64,000 bases of DNA. It comes from an uncultured Acidimicrobiia bacterium. GTDB taxonomy: Bacteria; Acidobacteriota; Terriglobia; Versatilivoradales; Versatilivoraceae. Location of the stretch: positions 160,001 through 224,000 of the forward strand of contig CAWBAT010000009.1 of the NCBI GenBank assembly GCA_963786955.1. The letters are read 5' to 3'. Position 1 is the stretch's first letter. Each line of letters begins with the position of its first letter. Below are positions 1 through 9,990 of the stretch, piece by piece. A program made the position numbers and the translations under genes. Under the pieces are notes generated by a model that worked only from the letters and a program-made list of their open reading frames with translations, searched no databases and was not told the DNA's origin.

Positions 1-231
1 CCGGAGGATTCCGAATGGATACCCCCTTCGACTCCCAAGAATCTTACCCCCCGTAATTATGGCGCGGTGCTGGCGGCTTGGCCAAAATGGTTTCTGGAAC
101 ACAAGCCCAGTCCCACAGGACGGGTGACTTTTACGACCTGGAAACACTGGACCAAGGACGATCCTCTACTAGAGTCAGGTCTGCTCGGCCCCGTCGTCAT
201 CCGTCCTAGAGCCGTCGTGCCGATTTTGTAG
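1..231 (+). CDS. C-terminal fragment of a glycoside hydrolase (GH106 alpha-L-rhamnosidase-like); 5' end outside the window
   Basis: Hand translation of frame 1 gives PEDSEW...AWPKWFLEHKPSPTGRVTFTTWKHWTKDDPLLESGLLGPV...*, a C-terminus typical of this family. Stop TAG at 229-231. Confidence 0.7.
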   Translation, partial: PEDSEWIPPSTPKNLTPRNYGAVLAAWPKWFLEHKPSPTGRVTFTTWKHWTKDDPLLESGLLGPVVIRPRAVVPIL

Positions 232-243
232 GGCAAGGCCCGG

Positions 244-805
244 TAGCCACGGTGAGTGCGTTTTGCGAGCCGTGGGCTTTTACGATTGCAGATTTCGGAT
301 TGGAAATTGCCAATTTCGTAGGGGCAAAGCATTCGATGTACTATACAGACGTTTGCACTTGCGTCACTTCCGAATGCTTTGCCCTAGAATACAAGATTTC
401 CGGGGTGGCGAAGACATGCGCCGTCTGCATGTCTTCGAAAAGAATATCCCGGCAGCCACGGTGAGTGTTTTTTGCGAGCCGTGGGCTTCTACGATTGCGG
501 ATTTCGGATTGGAAATTGCCAATTTCGTAGGGGCAAAGCATTCGATCTACTATGCAGAGATTTGCATTTGCATTACTTCCGAATGCTTTGCCCTAGAATA
601 CAAGATCTCGCCGGGTGGCGAAGACATGCGCCGTCTGCATGTCTTCGAAAAGAATATCCCGACAGCCACGGTGAGTGTTTTTTGCGAGCCGTGGGCCTTT
701 ACGATTGCCGATTTCCCGGGTGGCGAAGACATGCGCCATTTGCATGTCTTCGAAAAGAATATCCCGGCAGCCACGGTGAGTGTTTTTAGCGAGCCGTAAG
801 CTTTT
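244..805. repeat. Tandem composite REP-like array: two ~209-bp units, one ~105-bp unit and a partial unit
   Basis: Each unit starts AGCCACGGTGAGTG..TTTGCGAGCCGTGG. Full units contain the inverted pair GTAGGGGCAAAGCATTCG...CGAATGCTTTGCCCTAG. The hairpin CGAAGACATGC-N7-GCATGTCTTCG occurs 3 times. Confidence 0.9.
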
Positions 806-829
806 ACGGTTGTGGATTGATTACCGAAA

Positions 830-1732
830 TCAGTTATCCTGCATTCGTAACTTCGACCCTTTTTGTTCCGCCCACTTATTGAACTCCTCGATCATTTGTT
901 TTGTCCACTTGCCGTCAATTTCCCCCGGCTTGTACTTCCCTTCCCGCAGCATCATGTGTCCCCACTCGTCAACCAGGTGGGTCATTTGGGCCTTGTCGGC
1001 CACTTCTTCCGCTAGTTGGGGCGGGATGAAGACGAGTCCCTCGACATCACTCAGAACAATATCTCCCGGCATTACGGTTACCTGACCAATTCGGATGGGC
1101 ACATTCATACCGACCAGGGTCACATCGCGCAAAGAGGAAGGGTCTGAACCACGTACAAAAACTCGCATGCCATTGATCTTAGAAATGCCGGTTTCGTCGC
1201 GCACGGCACCGTCCACAACCAGTCCCGTTTTGCTCTTGGCGAAAATCGAGGTTGCGAGGTTATCTCCCGCATAAGTACCGTCCTTGATTTTGCCGAAGAG
1301 ATCTACCACCAGCACGTCACCAGGCTGAAGGGTATTGATGGGCCACGAATTCTGCGCCCCATTGCGGCCCTCTTGTTTGCCACGATCATTGATCACTGCG
1401 TTCAGGTCCGGCCGCAATGGCATGAAGACAGCGGTCACAACGCGGCCGACCAGGCGCTCCCCCGGATTGATGACATGCCAGCCACTTTCAAACTGATACT
1501 TGTAGTCGTGTTCCTGGAGCACCCCCCAGGCCTCCTCAGCATCCACTGACTTCAGCATTTCAAGAATGGAGTCCGGAACTTTCGGACGCCCATCGGAAAA
1601 GCGTTCGCCTTGCCATTCACGGGTCAGATCAATCCGTTGCTCTTTCGAAAACAGGCCCAACTGGGCATACATAGGCACTACTAAAACCAATACGAGAGCT
1701 AGAGAATAAAAACAGCGCTGCAGATTCTTCAT
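830..1732 (-). CDS. RraA/HMG-aldolase-like family protein with N-terminal signal peptide
   Basis: GDVLVVD, GLVVDGAVRD, VPIRIGQVTVMPGDIVLSD motifs; hydrophobic N-terminus ending in MYA-Q. Confidence 0.85.
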   Translation of the reverse strand: MKNLQRCFYSLALVLVLVVPMYAQLGLFSKEQRIDLTREWQGERFSDGRPKVPDSILEMLKSVDAEEAWGVLQEHDYKYQFESGWHVINPGERLVGRVVTAVFMPLRPDLNAVINDRGKQEGRNGAQNSWPINTLQPGDVLVVDLFGKIKDGTYAGDNLATSIFAKSKTGLVVDGAVRDETGISKINGMRVFVRGSDPSSLRDVTLVGMNVPIRIGQVTVMPGDIVLSDVEGLVFIPPQLAEEVADKAQMTHLVDEWGHMMLREGKYKPGEIDGKWTKQMIEEFNKWAEQKGSKLRMQDN

Positions 1733-1835
1733 ATGATTTCTCCAAGATTGGAATAAGACAACAGTGAAGGTGAGCTTTAAGATTGAATCATTGAGCTCTC
1801 CTGCCGCTCAATTGCACAAACTTCTGCTAATTGCT

Positions 1836-1891
1836 GTAGCAGGGACCGTTGATCCCGGCATTACGGGCCGGGGTCAACGACCCCGGCTACA
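1836..1891. repeat. GTAG-type REP doublet
   Basis: GTAGCAGGGACCGTTGATCCCGG...CCGGGGTCAACGACCCCGGCTAC; related copies near 6600, 6785 and 43211. Confidence 0.75.
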
Positions 1892-2194
1892 ACACGGACT
1901 TCTATAGTTTAGGCCTGGGCAACCTCAATTTAGCGTTCTCGATTTCGCCCCTCTCGCCACGTTCTAATTTAATCCGGAAAAAGATGGCCCCGCAGTGAGG
2001 CAGAGGAAAAGTTGGTCGCTCTACAACGCAATCGTCAATAATATACACCTGAACCGGATGATTCGGGTAATGGGCGTTTCAAGCCTTGCTTTGTTGCCCA
2101 CGTCATTTCTTCTCTAATATCATATGAGCATTCACCCATGGGGTGTTGTGATACTCTGGAACTCAGGGGATAGGGGTCAAGGGAGTGATTCGAT

Positions 2195-3247
2195 ATGAAG
2201 TGGTATTCCGGGCAGAATTTGCCGAAGACCCATGCACGCCCCACTTTTTCCGAAGCCTGGTTTCATCGCCACTATGGCATGACGTTTGGCGAAAAGTACT
2301 GCGGCGATCCGATTTTCCGCACCGAGCAAGACCGGGAAGCTCTGAGGTTGCTCTATGACCGATTTGGCCACTCTGGCATAGGCGAGAAAGACCCTCCACC
2401 ACGGCCCCACCTGGAAGTTTGCGGACACCGCTTCCTGTCGGCATTGTTTGGTTGCGAGATTTTTTTTCAAGATGACCAGGCCACGTCATGCCGGCATCTT
2501 TCCATTAACTCAGCCCCCGATATTGCCGCGATTCCGAAGCCTGACCTGGTCTCGAACCGCTGGGCTGAAGAGTTTCGCAAACAAGGGGCAATCCTTTTAG
2601 ACCGTTATGGAGTAGTCGATGCGACGATTAATCACGGAGGCCCGATTAATGTGGCACTGAGTGTCCTCGGCAGCGAGGCGCTCGCATATCTGGTGGAGGC
2701 CCCGGGAGTCATGGGCAGATTTCTCGAGAAAATTGCAGATCTCATTATCGAGTGCTACGACAAGCTGACCGTCCGATTTAATCCGGAACTGGGCAGAGCC
2801 CGAAACATGTTTGCCGGTAACTGCCCGGTGATGATGCTCAGCCCCCGCACCTACAGGGAGACGGTCTTGCCCGCAGATCTGCATTTTCGCAGGCAGGTTC
2901 AGACATTCGGTTTGCACCACTGCGGCCGCATGGACATGTACTTGGAAGAGTACCAGAAACTCGCACCGATTGAGTTTATCGAGGTTGGTTGGGGCAGCAA
3001 TATTGCGGCGGTTCGGAGGGCGTTTCCAGACGTTACCCTGGATCTCATGATCAATATTTATGACCTGCAAAACATGTCGCGCCCAACACTGCGTGAGACA
3101 GTCTCCTGCATGGTCCAGCAAGCGGCGCCAATTTCAACCATTCGGGATATCTGGGTCGCAGACATCGGCCCGGAGGTTCTGGATGAAAAGGTCTTGGATT
3201 TTGTCGAGGCAGTGGATTCGGCAATATTGTCTGCACAGAAACAATGA
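2195..3247 (+). CDS. Uroporphyrinogen decarboxylase / MtaA-CmuA-like TIM-barrel protein
   Basis: 350 aa; GPINVA..LGSE, MLSPRTYRETVLP and GLHHCG (HxC) segments typical of the URO-D/methyltransferase superfamily. Confidence 0.6.
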   Translation: MKWYSGQNLPKTHARPTFSEAWFHRHYGMTFGEKYCGDPIFRTEQDREALRLLYDRFGHSGIGEKDPPPRPHLEVCGHRFLSALFGCEIFFQDDQATSCRHLSINSAPDIAAIPKPDLVSNRWAEEFRKQGAILLDRYGVVDATINHGGPINVALSVLGSEALAYLVEAPGVMGRFLEKIADLIIECYDKLTVRFNPELGRARNMFAGNCPVMMLSPRTYRETVLPADLHFRRQVQTFGLHHCGRMDMYLEEYQKLAPIEFIEVGWGSNIAAVRRAFPDVTLDLMINIYDLQNMSRPTLRETVSCMVQQAAPISTIRDIWVADIGPEVLDEKVLDFVEAVDSAILSAQKQ

Positions 3248-3285
3248 CTCATTTGAACCGGGGTTTTAAGTGGCGTCGGACAAAC

Positions 3286-3460
3286 CCCCGGGTGGCGAAG
3301 ACATGCGCCGTTTGCATGTCTTCGAAGAGCACTTAGCACAGATTTGATTCTTAACTCTGCGGCTTTTTGAAACCGGAGAGGAGAAAGGCTGCGTACCCTT
3401 TACATCCCCTGCCGCAAAGTGGCACCCCCTTCGAAGGGGGATTCGGGTCCGGGCTACACT
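3286..3460. repeat. Cluster of REP-like hairpins
   Basis: Contains CGAAGACATGCGCCGTTTGCATGTCTTCG (same hairpin as in the 244-805 array) and CCCCCTTCGAAGGGGG. Confidence 0.75.
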
Positions 3461-3601
3461 CTTTCTTGGCAAAGTCTCATAGTGTCGACCTGTCACTAAA
3501 TACAACTCCAGGCTCAACCCAGTAAACAAATCCTGTAAAAAGCCGATAGGAAGGTCATTGGCTGTAACTGTTCTCGGTAGGCAATCAAGGGAGAGCAAAA
3601 G

Positions 3602-3964
3602 ATGAGAGTCCAAGCTTGGCAGGGCCTAGACATCGACAATGCGATAAAAGCGTTTGTGGAGCGGCGCCGAAAAAGGCGTGTCCAGGTAAGTGTTTCCATA
3701 ATCGTGAAAGGGTTGGACAGATTTGGAAATCGTTATGAGGAAACCACCCAGTCTATTAATTTCTCAGCGGGAGGCACCTGTTTTTTCCTAAAACAGCGGA
3801 TACAAGTCGGTACGACGGTGGCACTAGGGATAACACTTCCAATTGATTTAAAGACCTACACCACAACCGGACAAGTAACCCGGGTTGAGGCTGTGCCAGG
3901 AACACTCAGGTTCAAATACGGCATTCGATTCACTCACAAACAGAAACGCGGGAGTACCCATTGA
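3602..3964 (+). CDS. PilZ domain protein (c-di-GMP receptor)
   Basis: ERRRKRR (RxxxR) and INFSAGG ((D/N)xSxxG) motifs; ends GQVTRV...YGIRF. Confidence 0.85.
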   Translation: MRVQAWQGLDIDNAIKAFVERRRKRRVQVSVSIIVKGLDRFGNRYEETTQSINFSAGGTCFFLKQRIQVGTTVALGITLPIDLKTYTTTGQVTRVEAVPGTLRFKYGIRFTHKQKRGSTH

Positions 3965-4218
3965 AAGTAGAATGACTGGTTTAGTTTCTGATTTTCCAGT
4001 CACATACTTCTATATGTCAGTCATTGACTAAGCTGACTGAATTCTCATGGGATTAGCTTGCTGCCCATGGTTTAATCAGTCAGACCCGAATTCGCAGACT
4101 CGGCACGTAAGGTTTCAGCAGGAAACGGGTTAATACGCCGAATTTACAAAATCGATTGTTGTTTCGGCTGGAACCATGAGCGACAAATGCTAGCTATTTG
4201 CGCGATGCGAAGAATCAG

Positions 4219-4407
4219 ATGACGGAATCGCTTTTATTGAGCTGCCCGTACTGCGGTGAAGCCGTGGAGCTTGACGTTGATGAGAGCGGCGGAAGCCGCC
4301 AATCATTCGTGCAGGATTGTCCGGTGTGTTGCCGCCCGTGGCAGGTCGAGGCCACCCGCAATCGCGAAGGCGGCTGGAGCGCAACACTACGAACAACCGA
4401 CGAATAG
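4219..4407 (+). CDS. CPXCG-motif cysteine-rich small protein
   Basis: CPYCGE...SFVQDCPVCCRPW; ATG at 4219 preferred as start. Confidence 0.85.
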   Translation: MTESLLLSCPYCGEAVELDVDESGGSRQSFVQDCPVCCRPWQVEATRNREGGWSATLRTTDE

Positions 4408-4456
4408 CCAACCCCAGAGTTGTCCGCCCTGCCCTTTTCCCATCCTCCTGACAAAA

Positions 4457-5428
4457 TTACCGACTAAAATGAGCCGCAAACTTCCCGATCTTGGCAGAGG
4501 CGTGGAAGATCTTACCCACGGAGATTCCTACTGGAAGCTGGTGATGAGCGACAGCAGCCAACGCCATGGACGCCATGCAGCCGCATTGCGAACAGTCGGG
4601 GTCTCCGCCAAACTGGCAAGGAGAAATTTTGGTTTTCAAATCAGCGGAGATATTGAGAGTGGTGCGGGAAAAGAGGCACTCATCCGGTGAATGGGGGGGG
4701 TGGGTGAACTCGCGGAGCGTCCCTTCCCCCATGTCCAACTTGGGAAACAGGCGGCGCAGTCGGATTAAGTCTTCGACGGCTTGAACGCGCTCCCCGGCTG
4801 AGAGGCATTCCGGATCAGAAGCCCCTTTCTGTGGTGTAAACATGCTCATCCAGACTTTTCTGATCTCGACGCGTGGACACCAGAACTCGAGGAACTCTTC
4901 GAGGTATCCCGATCGCTTCATCATTTGACTCGTGATCGTGCAGTGAACAACAACCCTCTGGCCCGCAATATTCTTGAGGATCCTGGCATACGTGGCCGGA
5001 GTTCTTCGGACGTCATGCTCAGGTTGGAGCCCATCAATCGAGACCACGACATCTAATCCCGACATCTTGGCCCAAGCCTCGGGAATTGGCCTGAAGGCGC
5101 TGGTAACCAACTGCACAAAGACACCCATCGATTGAAGTTTGGGCAACAAGATTTCCATTTCACGGTAACGCACAAGCGGATCGCCGCCAACTATCGACAG
5201 ATGCACCGGCCGATATCGTCGTATAAGCGCCAGGACACCGGCTACGAGCGCTTCGCCTTGGAAGTCACTTAACTGCCGTAGGTTAAGGTTATCCCCGAGA
5301 TGGCCGTCTTCGTAGGCATAACAGCCCGGACAACGCAAAGGGCATTCACGTGTTACCTCAATGGAGAGTGTGGGATACCGTCCTGTGAGGATTTTTCCCC
5401 AAGCATGTAACACATCGCCTGTATTCAT
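4457..5428 (-). CDS. Radical SAM protein with C-terminal Cys-rich (SPASM/twitch-like) region
   Basis: CPLRCPGC (CxxxCxxC), VGGDPL, VSIDG; C-terminal CLF...CQFGGDPDCSQCGC. Start set at MNTGDV. Confidence 0.9.
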   Translation of the reverse strand: MNTGDVLHAWGKILTGRYPTLSIEVTRECPLRCPGCYAYEDGHLGDNLNLRQLSDFQGEALVAGVLALIRRYRPVHLSIVGGDPLVRYREMEILLPKLQSMGVFVQLVTSAFRPIPEAWAKMSGLDVVVSIDGLQPEHDVRRTPATYARILKNIAGQRVVVHCTITSQMMKRSGYLEEFLEFWCPRVEIRKVWMSMFTPQKGASDPECLSAGERVQAVEDLIRLRRLFPKLDMGEGTLREFTHPPHSPDECLFSRTTLNISADLKTKISPCQFGGDPDCSQCGCMASMALAAVAHHQLPVGISVGKIFHASAKIGKFAAHFSR

Positions 5429-5619
5429 GGAGCCATGCTGACTCGAATTGGCTTGAGTGTCAACCGCGTATCTGCTCGAAGAACGTTGCACTGCGGAGCC
5501 AGGGGCAGAAGACTCAAAGGCTAGATCTCTCCCGGCAGGTCCACGCCACCGAAGACTATTGTGACTGAGGGCCATGTTTGGAACGAATTTGCTAAATGAT
5601 TGAGGCAGTTAAACAGGAG

Positions 5620-5696
5620 TGGTACGCCCGGCAAGATTCGAACTTGCGACCCCCTGATTCGTAGTCAGGTACTCTATCCAACTGAGCTACGGGCGC
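5620..5696 (-). tRNA. tRNA-Arg (anticodon ACG)
   Basis: Reverse complement GCGCCCGTAGCTCAGTTGGATAGAGTACCTGACTACGAATCAGGGGGTCGCAAGTTCGAATCTTGCCGGGCGTACCA: 77 nt cloverleaf, anticodon loop CT-ACG-AA, T-loop TTCGAAT, encoded CCA. Confidence 0.98.
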
Positions 5697-5806
5697 ATGG
5701 GTTGAAGGAGATGCTTGGAGCGACGATTACTACACGAAAGTCAATCAATTCTTATCGCAAACTTGCGGACTCTATCGCCAAAACATCGCCTCTCTAAACG
5801 GCGCCT

Positions 5807-5835
5807 AATTTAGCATGCCGACCGGCGGCTGTAAA
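5807..5835 (-). promoter_or_regulatory. Probable sigma70 promoter of tRNA-Arg
   Basis: TTTACA-17 nt-TAAATT with TGn extension, followed by a GC-rich discriminator (AGGCGCCG). Confidence 0.55.
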
Positions 5836-5997
5836 GACGGATTGATACGCGGAACGCTCTGTCCCAAAGTTGAAATTGGTTCCGATCGTGGTTCATATAC
5901 CAGCAGCATTGTTCGCTGTCACATCCCTCGATTTGTCCTACGAACTCAGCTCCTCCATTCCTTCCCATCTAGTCAAGATCATGATCTTTAGAAATTC

Positions 5998-6387
5998 TTA
6001 GTTTTTGGGGGCATAATCAATAACAAAGACATCTTCCAGAATCCCCAGCTTCGCCAAGAGGGCCCCAAACTTCTTGTGCTCGGGGTGAGGAAGATAGGTA
6101 TCCCTCGCTTTGGCGTCTACAAAGGTCAGCAGGTACACGTGCGTGAACCCGTGATTTTTCCCCTCTGGGCTGCTATTCACACCATATTCAAAAGACACTA
6201 TTCCGGGGATCGTGTTCTTCAGGTCCCGGAATGCGTTCGTTACCTGGCGAATCTGCTCTTCGGTTGTTCCTTGTTTATATTTGAAAACAACGACATGCCG
6301 AACCGGTTCTTTTTCCACCGCACAAACTGCGAGCGGTTTAACAACAAGAACTATTCCCATTAACAATAAGACGAGCAGCTCTCTCAT
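5998..6387 (-). CDS. Dabb family (stress-responsive A/B barrel) protein with signal peptide
   Basis: VRHVVVFKYK, GVNSSPEGKNHGFTH, YLPHPEH. Confidence 0.9.
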   Translation of the reverse strand: MRELLVLLLMGIVLVVKPLAVCAVEKEPVRHVVVFKYKQGTTEEQIRQVTNAFRDLKNTIPGIVSFEYGVNSSPEGKNHGFTHVYLLTFVDAKARDTYLPHPEHKKFGALLAKLGILEDVFVIDYAPKN

Positions 6388-6489
6388 TGAGCATTTCTCC
6401 TTTCGTAAGCACGTTTATATTGAAGCTTTCACAGTAGATTGAAAACTGAAAAGGTCATTCCGCATTCTCACGGTTTGCTCCAAAAACCC

Positions 6490-6810
6490 AAAAGCTCGGC
6501 GAGGGCGTCCCGGTTCCCCCTGGCGCTGCAAAAACGGCGGCCTCGGGAGAGGCCGCCCGCACCACAAGTTAGTAAAATAGGCCAGCAGCCCGTCCATTTC
6601 CGGGGTCACCGACCCCGGCTATGGCAATTCAAAGGAAATGGGAGAATCATCCCACGATGAATCAAAAAGCAATTCAACGAGGCACTAGCTCACCCCCCTG
6701 AAGTCCCCCCTTGTGAAAGGGGGGACACTGCGAACTAATCCCACGGCTCGTACAAAACGCTCACTGTGGCTACCCCGCCCTTTTCCGGGGCCGGCGGCCC
6801 CGGCTACAGC
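6490..6810. repeat. Cluster of several REP-like hairpin families
   Basis: GGCGGCCTCGGGAGAGGCCGCC, CCGGGGTCACCGACCCCGGCTA, CCCCCCTTGTGAAAGGGGGG, CCACGGCTCG...CTGTGGCTAC (inverse of the 244-805 unit start), CCGGGGCCGGCGGCCCCGGCTAC. Confidence 0.75.
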
Positions 6811-6818
6811 GCCTGTCG

Positions 6819-8262
6819 CTACTGAGGAAGATCGTTAGCCGTTTTTTGAATGAACTCCCAGGCGTCGGCGACGTGGCGGGCTTCCGTGTTCGTTTGCCCG
6901 ACGCAGAGGCGCAGTGTGTAATGCCCATTGAGAGTTGTATGGGTCAAGTAGAGCCGCCCGCTGCGATTCAGATTTTCCAATAACTGGCGATTAAAGTCAT
7001 CACTTCCTTTGTACCTGAAACACACCAGATTCAGCGGGGGAGGCACAATCAATTCAAACCGATCGGATTGTCGAACCCAACCGGCAAGCTCCTGGGCTAA
7101 TTCAATGTGTCGTCGAACATGGTGACGCAAACCTTCGACTCCATAATGGCGAATCACAAACCAGAGTTTTAGAGAACGGAAACGCCGGCCCAGCGGAATG
7201 TGCCAGTCCCGATAGTCAATCACCGCTCCTGATTCAGTAGCCTGGTTGCGGAGGTATTCCGGCAGGACACTCAGCGTCTTGATCAATACTTCCCGGTCTG
7301 CCACATAGAAACAATCACAATCAAAATTCGTGAACATCCATTTGTGCGGGTTGAAGCAATAGCTGTCAGCTAATTCGACTCCTTTGTGGATATGGCGATA
7401 CTCCGGGCAGAGAGCCGCGGTACCCGACATCGCTGCATCGATATGCAGCCAAAGGCCTGCTTCACGGCATATTCGGCCTATTTCAGGAATCGGGTCGATG
7501 GCATTGGAGGACGTTGTCCCCACTGTGGCACAAACAAAGCAAGGGATCTTTCCAGCCTGGCGATCGCTCGCGATGGCTCTGGCAAGTAACTCAGGACGAA
7601 GCGCAAATTGGTCGTCCACGTCAATGAGACGGAGATTGTCGCTACCTAAGCCGGCAATCTTCACAGCTTTTTCGACCGAGGAGTGAGCCTGCGTCGAGCT
7701 ATACAGCTACGAGGCGGCCTTGGCATCCCTGCTGGTTGGATTGGAAGTTCGTAATCCGCTCGCGGGCTGCTAGAAGCGCACAAAGCGTTGCACTCGAAGC
7801 CGTATCCTGAATCACTCCGCCCCCTGCTCCGTCGGATTTGAACTTTTCAGGTAGCCCAAGCATATCAACCAGCCAATCCAGGACGTGGATCTCCAGCTCG
7901 GTGCAGGCTGGGCTGGTTGTCCACAACATCCCCTGAACCCCGAGGGCGGCAGAAAGCATCTCCCCCAGGATTGAAGGGCCTGAAGCATTGGCCGGGAAGA
8001 AGGCAAAGAAGTTAGGTGATTGCCAATGGGTAGTACCCGGAATAATCAAATCGTTGATATCTTTAAGGATTGTCTCAAAAGCTTCGCCTTCTAACGGAGG
8101 GTGCTCGGAAAGTGAGGCGCGAACTTGCCCGGGGTGAGACTTTGACAGAACTGGAAATGATTCGATGAGTTCATAATAATTCGCAATCCAATCCACTACC
8201 GCATGCCCATGCAGGCGGAAAGTTTCCGGAGTCATATGGTAACTTCGTTCTTCGGGCATCAT
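6819..8262 (-). CDS. Aromatic-L-amino-acid decarboxylase (group II PLP decarboxylase), split by a 1-nt insertion near 7704
   Basis: THWQSPNFFAFFP, WLHIDAAMSG, FNPHKW (PLP Lys), PLGRRFRSLKLWF. Removing one base from GTA GCT [G] TAT AGC TCG ACG CAG restores LVAYSSTQAHSSVEKAVK. Confidence 0.88.
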
Positions 8263-8353
8263 TCCTCCTGGGACATGAGTCGCTTCGCTGATTATTACGC
8301 CGAACTGTGCTTAGGCATTCTTGATGAGAGATTTAGCAAGATTGTGGAGGGCT

Positions 8354-8672
8354 CCCTCACCCCCAAACCCCTCTCCCGCACTGGGGAGAGGGGAGCCGAC
8401 AATTCATTATTGAGTTCTCTCCCGCGCTGAAGGTGTCAAAGAATTGGAAAACGCCGCGTGAGGTCACGCGGCCTACAATGATTTCAAAGGGTATACCATT
8501 ATGTTGTAGGCCGGGTCCCCCGACCCGGCGGAATCTTTTCACAGCTTCGCTGGGGAGAGGGGAGCCGATGATTCATTATTGAATTCTCGCCCGCGCTGTG
8601 GCGAGGGGAGCCGAAAATTTATTATTGAGTTCTCTCCCACGTTGGGGCAATGGGGGCCGATAATTCATTATT
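8354..8672. repeat. Four tandem 46-bp units with a CTCTCCC..GGGAGAG hairpin; unit 2 is interrupted by a MITE
   Basis: Unit CTCTCCCGCACTGGGGAGAGGGGAGCCGACAATTCATTATTGAGTT repeated head-to-tail without spacers. Confidence 0.85.
8429..8548. mobile_element. 120-bp MITE-like element (shell C) carrying a REP doublet, apparent 3-bp TSD GCT
   Basis: Imperfect TIR GAAGGTGTCAAAGAATT / AATCTTTTCACAGCTTC; GCT on both sides; removing it restores the 46-bp unit. Confidence 0.75.
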
Positions 8673-8863
8673 GCCAGAGACTTACTTAAAATAGATGTAA
8701 CGACGATCTCATTCCTCCAGCCAAATTCTGCGGTTGCCTTTGGCTCGTTAGACAGGATATGATTTTTTCATCCTGGTGGGAAGAACTTGGGGCATCCCTT
8801 AGTTCAATCTGAAATCATCCTCCCCTCCGTGCCTACAGTAAACATACTGAGATATTTACGGTT

Positions 8864-9580
8864 ATGAATCGGCAATATTACAAATGGTACAGTCCTTCAT
8901 TGCGACGAGACATGGAATTCCTTGTCTTTGGACACTCGGGAACACCCCTGCTCGTCTTCCCAACCTCCATGGGACGGTTCTACGATTATGAGGATCGCGG
9001 AATGATCCAGGCCATTGCGTCACGTTTTGAAAACGGAGAAATTCAGGCTTTTTGTGTCGATAGCGTCGACCATGAAAGCTGGTACAACAACCGTGTGGAG
9101 CCGGGCGAGCGCGTGTTGCGCCATTTAGATTATGAAGACTACATCTTGCGCGAAATCATTCCGTTTGTCTTTTCCCGAAATCCGCCTTGCGCCCCGTTGG
9201 TGACTGGATGCAGTTTCGGGGCTTATCACTCCGTCAATTTTACGCTCCGTCATCCTGATTTGGTCAGCGGTTGCGTCAGCATGGGTGGCGCTTTCGATAT
9301 TCACCAGTTCCTAAATGGATACTATGATGACAATTGCTATTTTAATTGCCCCCCCGATTTTCTACCGAACCTCAACGACTCATGGTATCGGGACCGCCTT
9401 CGCGCCCTTGGGAAATTTGTTCTGGTCACTGGAGAGCGGGACATTTGCCTCAATGAGAACCTCCGGCTCTCCCACATCATGAACGAAAAGGGAATCCCTC
9501 ATTGTCTGGATGTGTGGGGGGATGGAACTGGGCATGATTGGCCTTGGTGGCATCAAATGGCCATTAAATTTCTGCAATAG
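8864..9580 (+). CDS. Esterase-family alpha/beta hydrolase
   Basis: FGHSGTPLLVFPTSMGRF, GCSFG nucleophile elbow, GHDWPWW. Confidence 0.9.
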   Translation: MNRQYYKWYSPSLRRDMEFLVFGHSGTPLLVFPTSMGRFYDYEDRGMIQAIASRFENGEIQAFCVDSVDHESWYNNRVEPGERVLRHLDYEDYILREIIPFVFSRNPPCAPLVTGCSFGAYHSVNFTLRHPDLVSGCVSMGGAFDIHQFLNGYYDDNCYFNCPPDFLPNLNDSWYRDRLRALGKFVLVTGERDICLNENLRLSHIMNEKGIPHCLDVWGDGTGHDWPWWHQMAIKFLQ

Positions 9581-9592
9581 ATCGGAGCGCTG

Positions 9593-9880
9593 ATGCAAAA
9601 GATCGGCATCCTCTTTGGAATGGAAAACACTTTTCCTGGGGCCCTCGTCGACCGGATCAATTCGATGAAGGCGCCCGGAATTGCGGCTGAATTTATCAAG
9701 CTTGGCGCCGTAAAAATGGCAGCCCCGAGCGGCTACCGATTGATCATCGACCGCATCTCTCATGATATTCCCTTTTATCGAGCCTTTTTGAAAAATGCAG
9801 CACTTGGCGGCACCCACGTCATTAACAACCCTTTCTGGTGGAGCGCTGACGACAAGTTCTTCCACACACTTCACGCCTAA
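9593..9880 (+). pseudogene. Truncated ATP-grasp (RimK-like) protein, N-terminal ~90 aa only
   Basis: IIDRISHDIPFYRA.LKNAAL.G..VINNPFWWSADDKFF is the N-terminus of the ATP-grasp protein that usually follows this esterase; similarity stops abruptly after DDKFF. Confidence 0.75.
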
Positions 9881-9990
9881 CAAATATCAAAGCTTTCTCA
9901 AAGAGCTCGATCGCCGCACGGAGAGCGGCTCCCACTTTGACGGAATGAACTTGGAACTTAAACCCCGAAGAAGGGAGGATAGATTCAGTC

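Noticed and set aside
57-799. Short ORFs within repeats (also 25620-25991, 50366-50554, 60437-60649)
   Set aside because: Their peptides merely translate REP/MITE sequence and recur wherever the repeat does.
244-805. CRISPR array
   Set aside because: Units are 105-209 bp, the sequence between hairpins is itself repeated rather than unique spacers, and there are no cas genes.
4190-5620. Integrative element at the tRNA-Arg 3' end
   Set aside because: No integrase, and I found no duplicated tRNA 3' end by eye.
8354-8672. CRISPR array
   Set aside because: The 46-bp units abut directly with no unique spacers.
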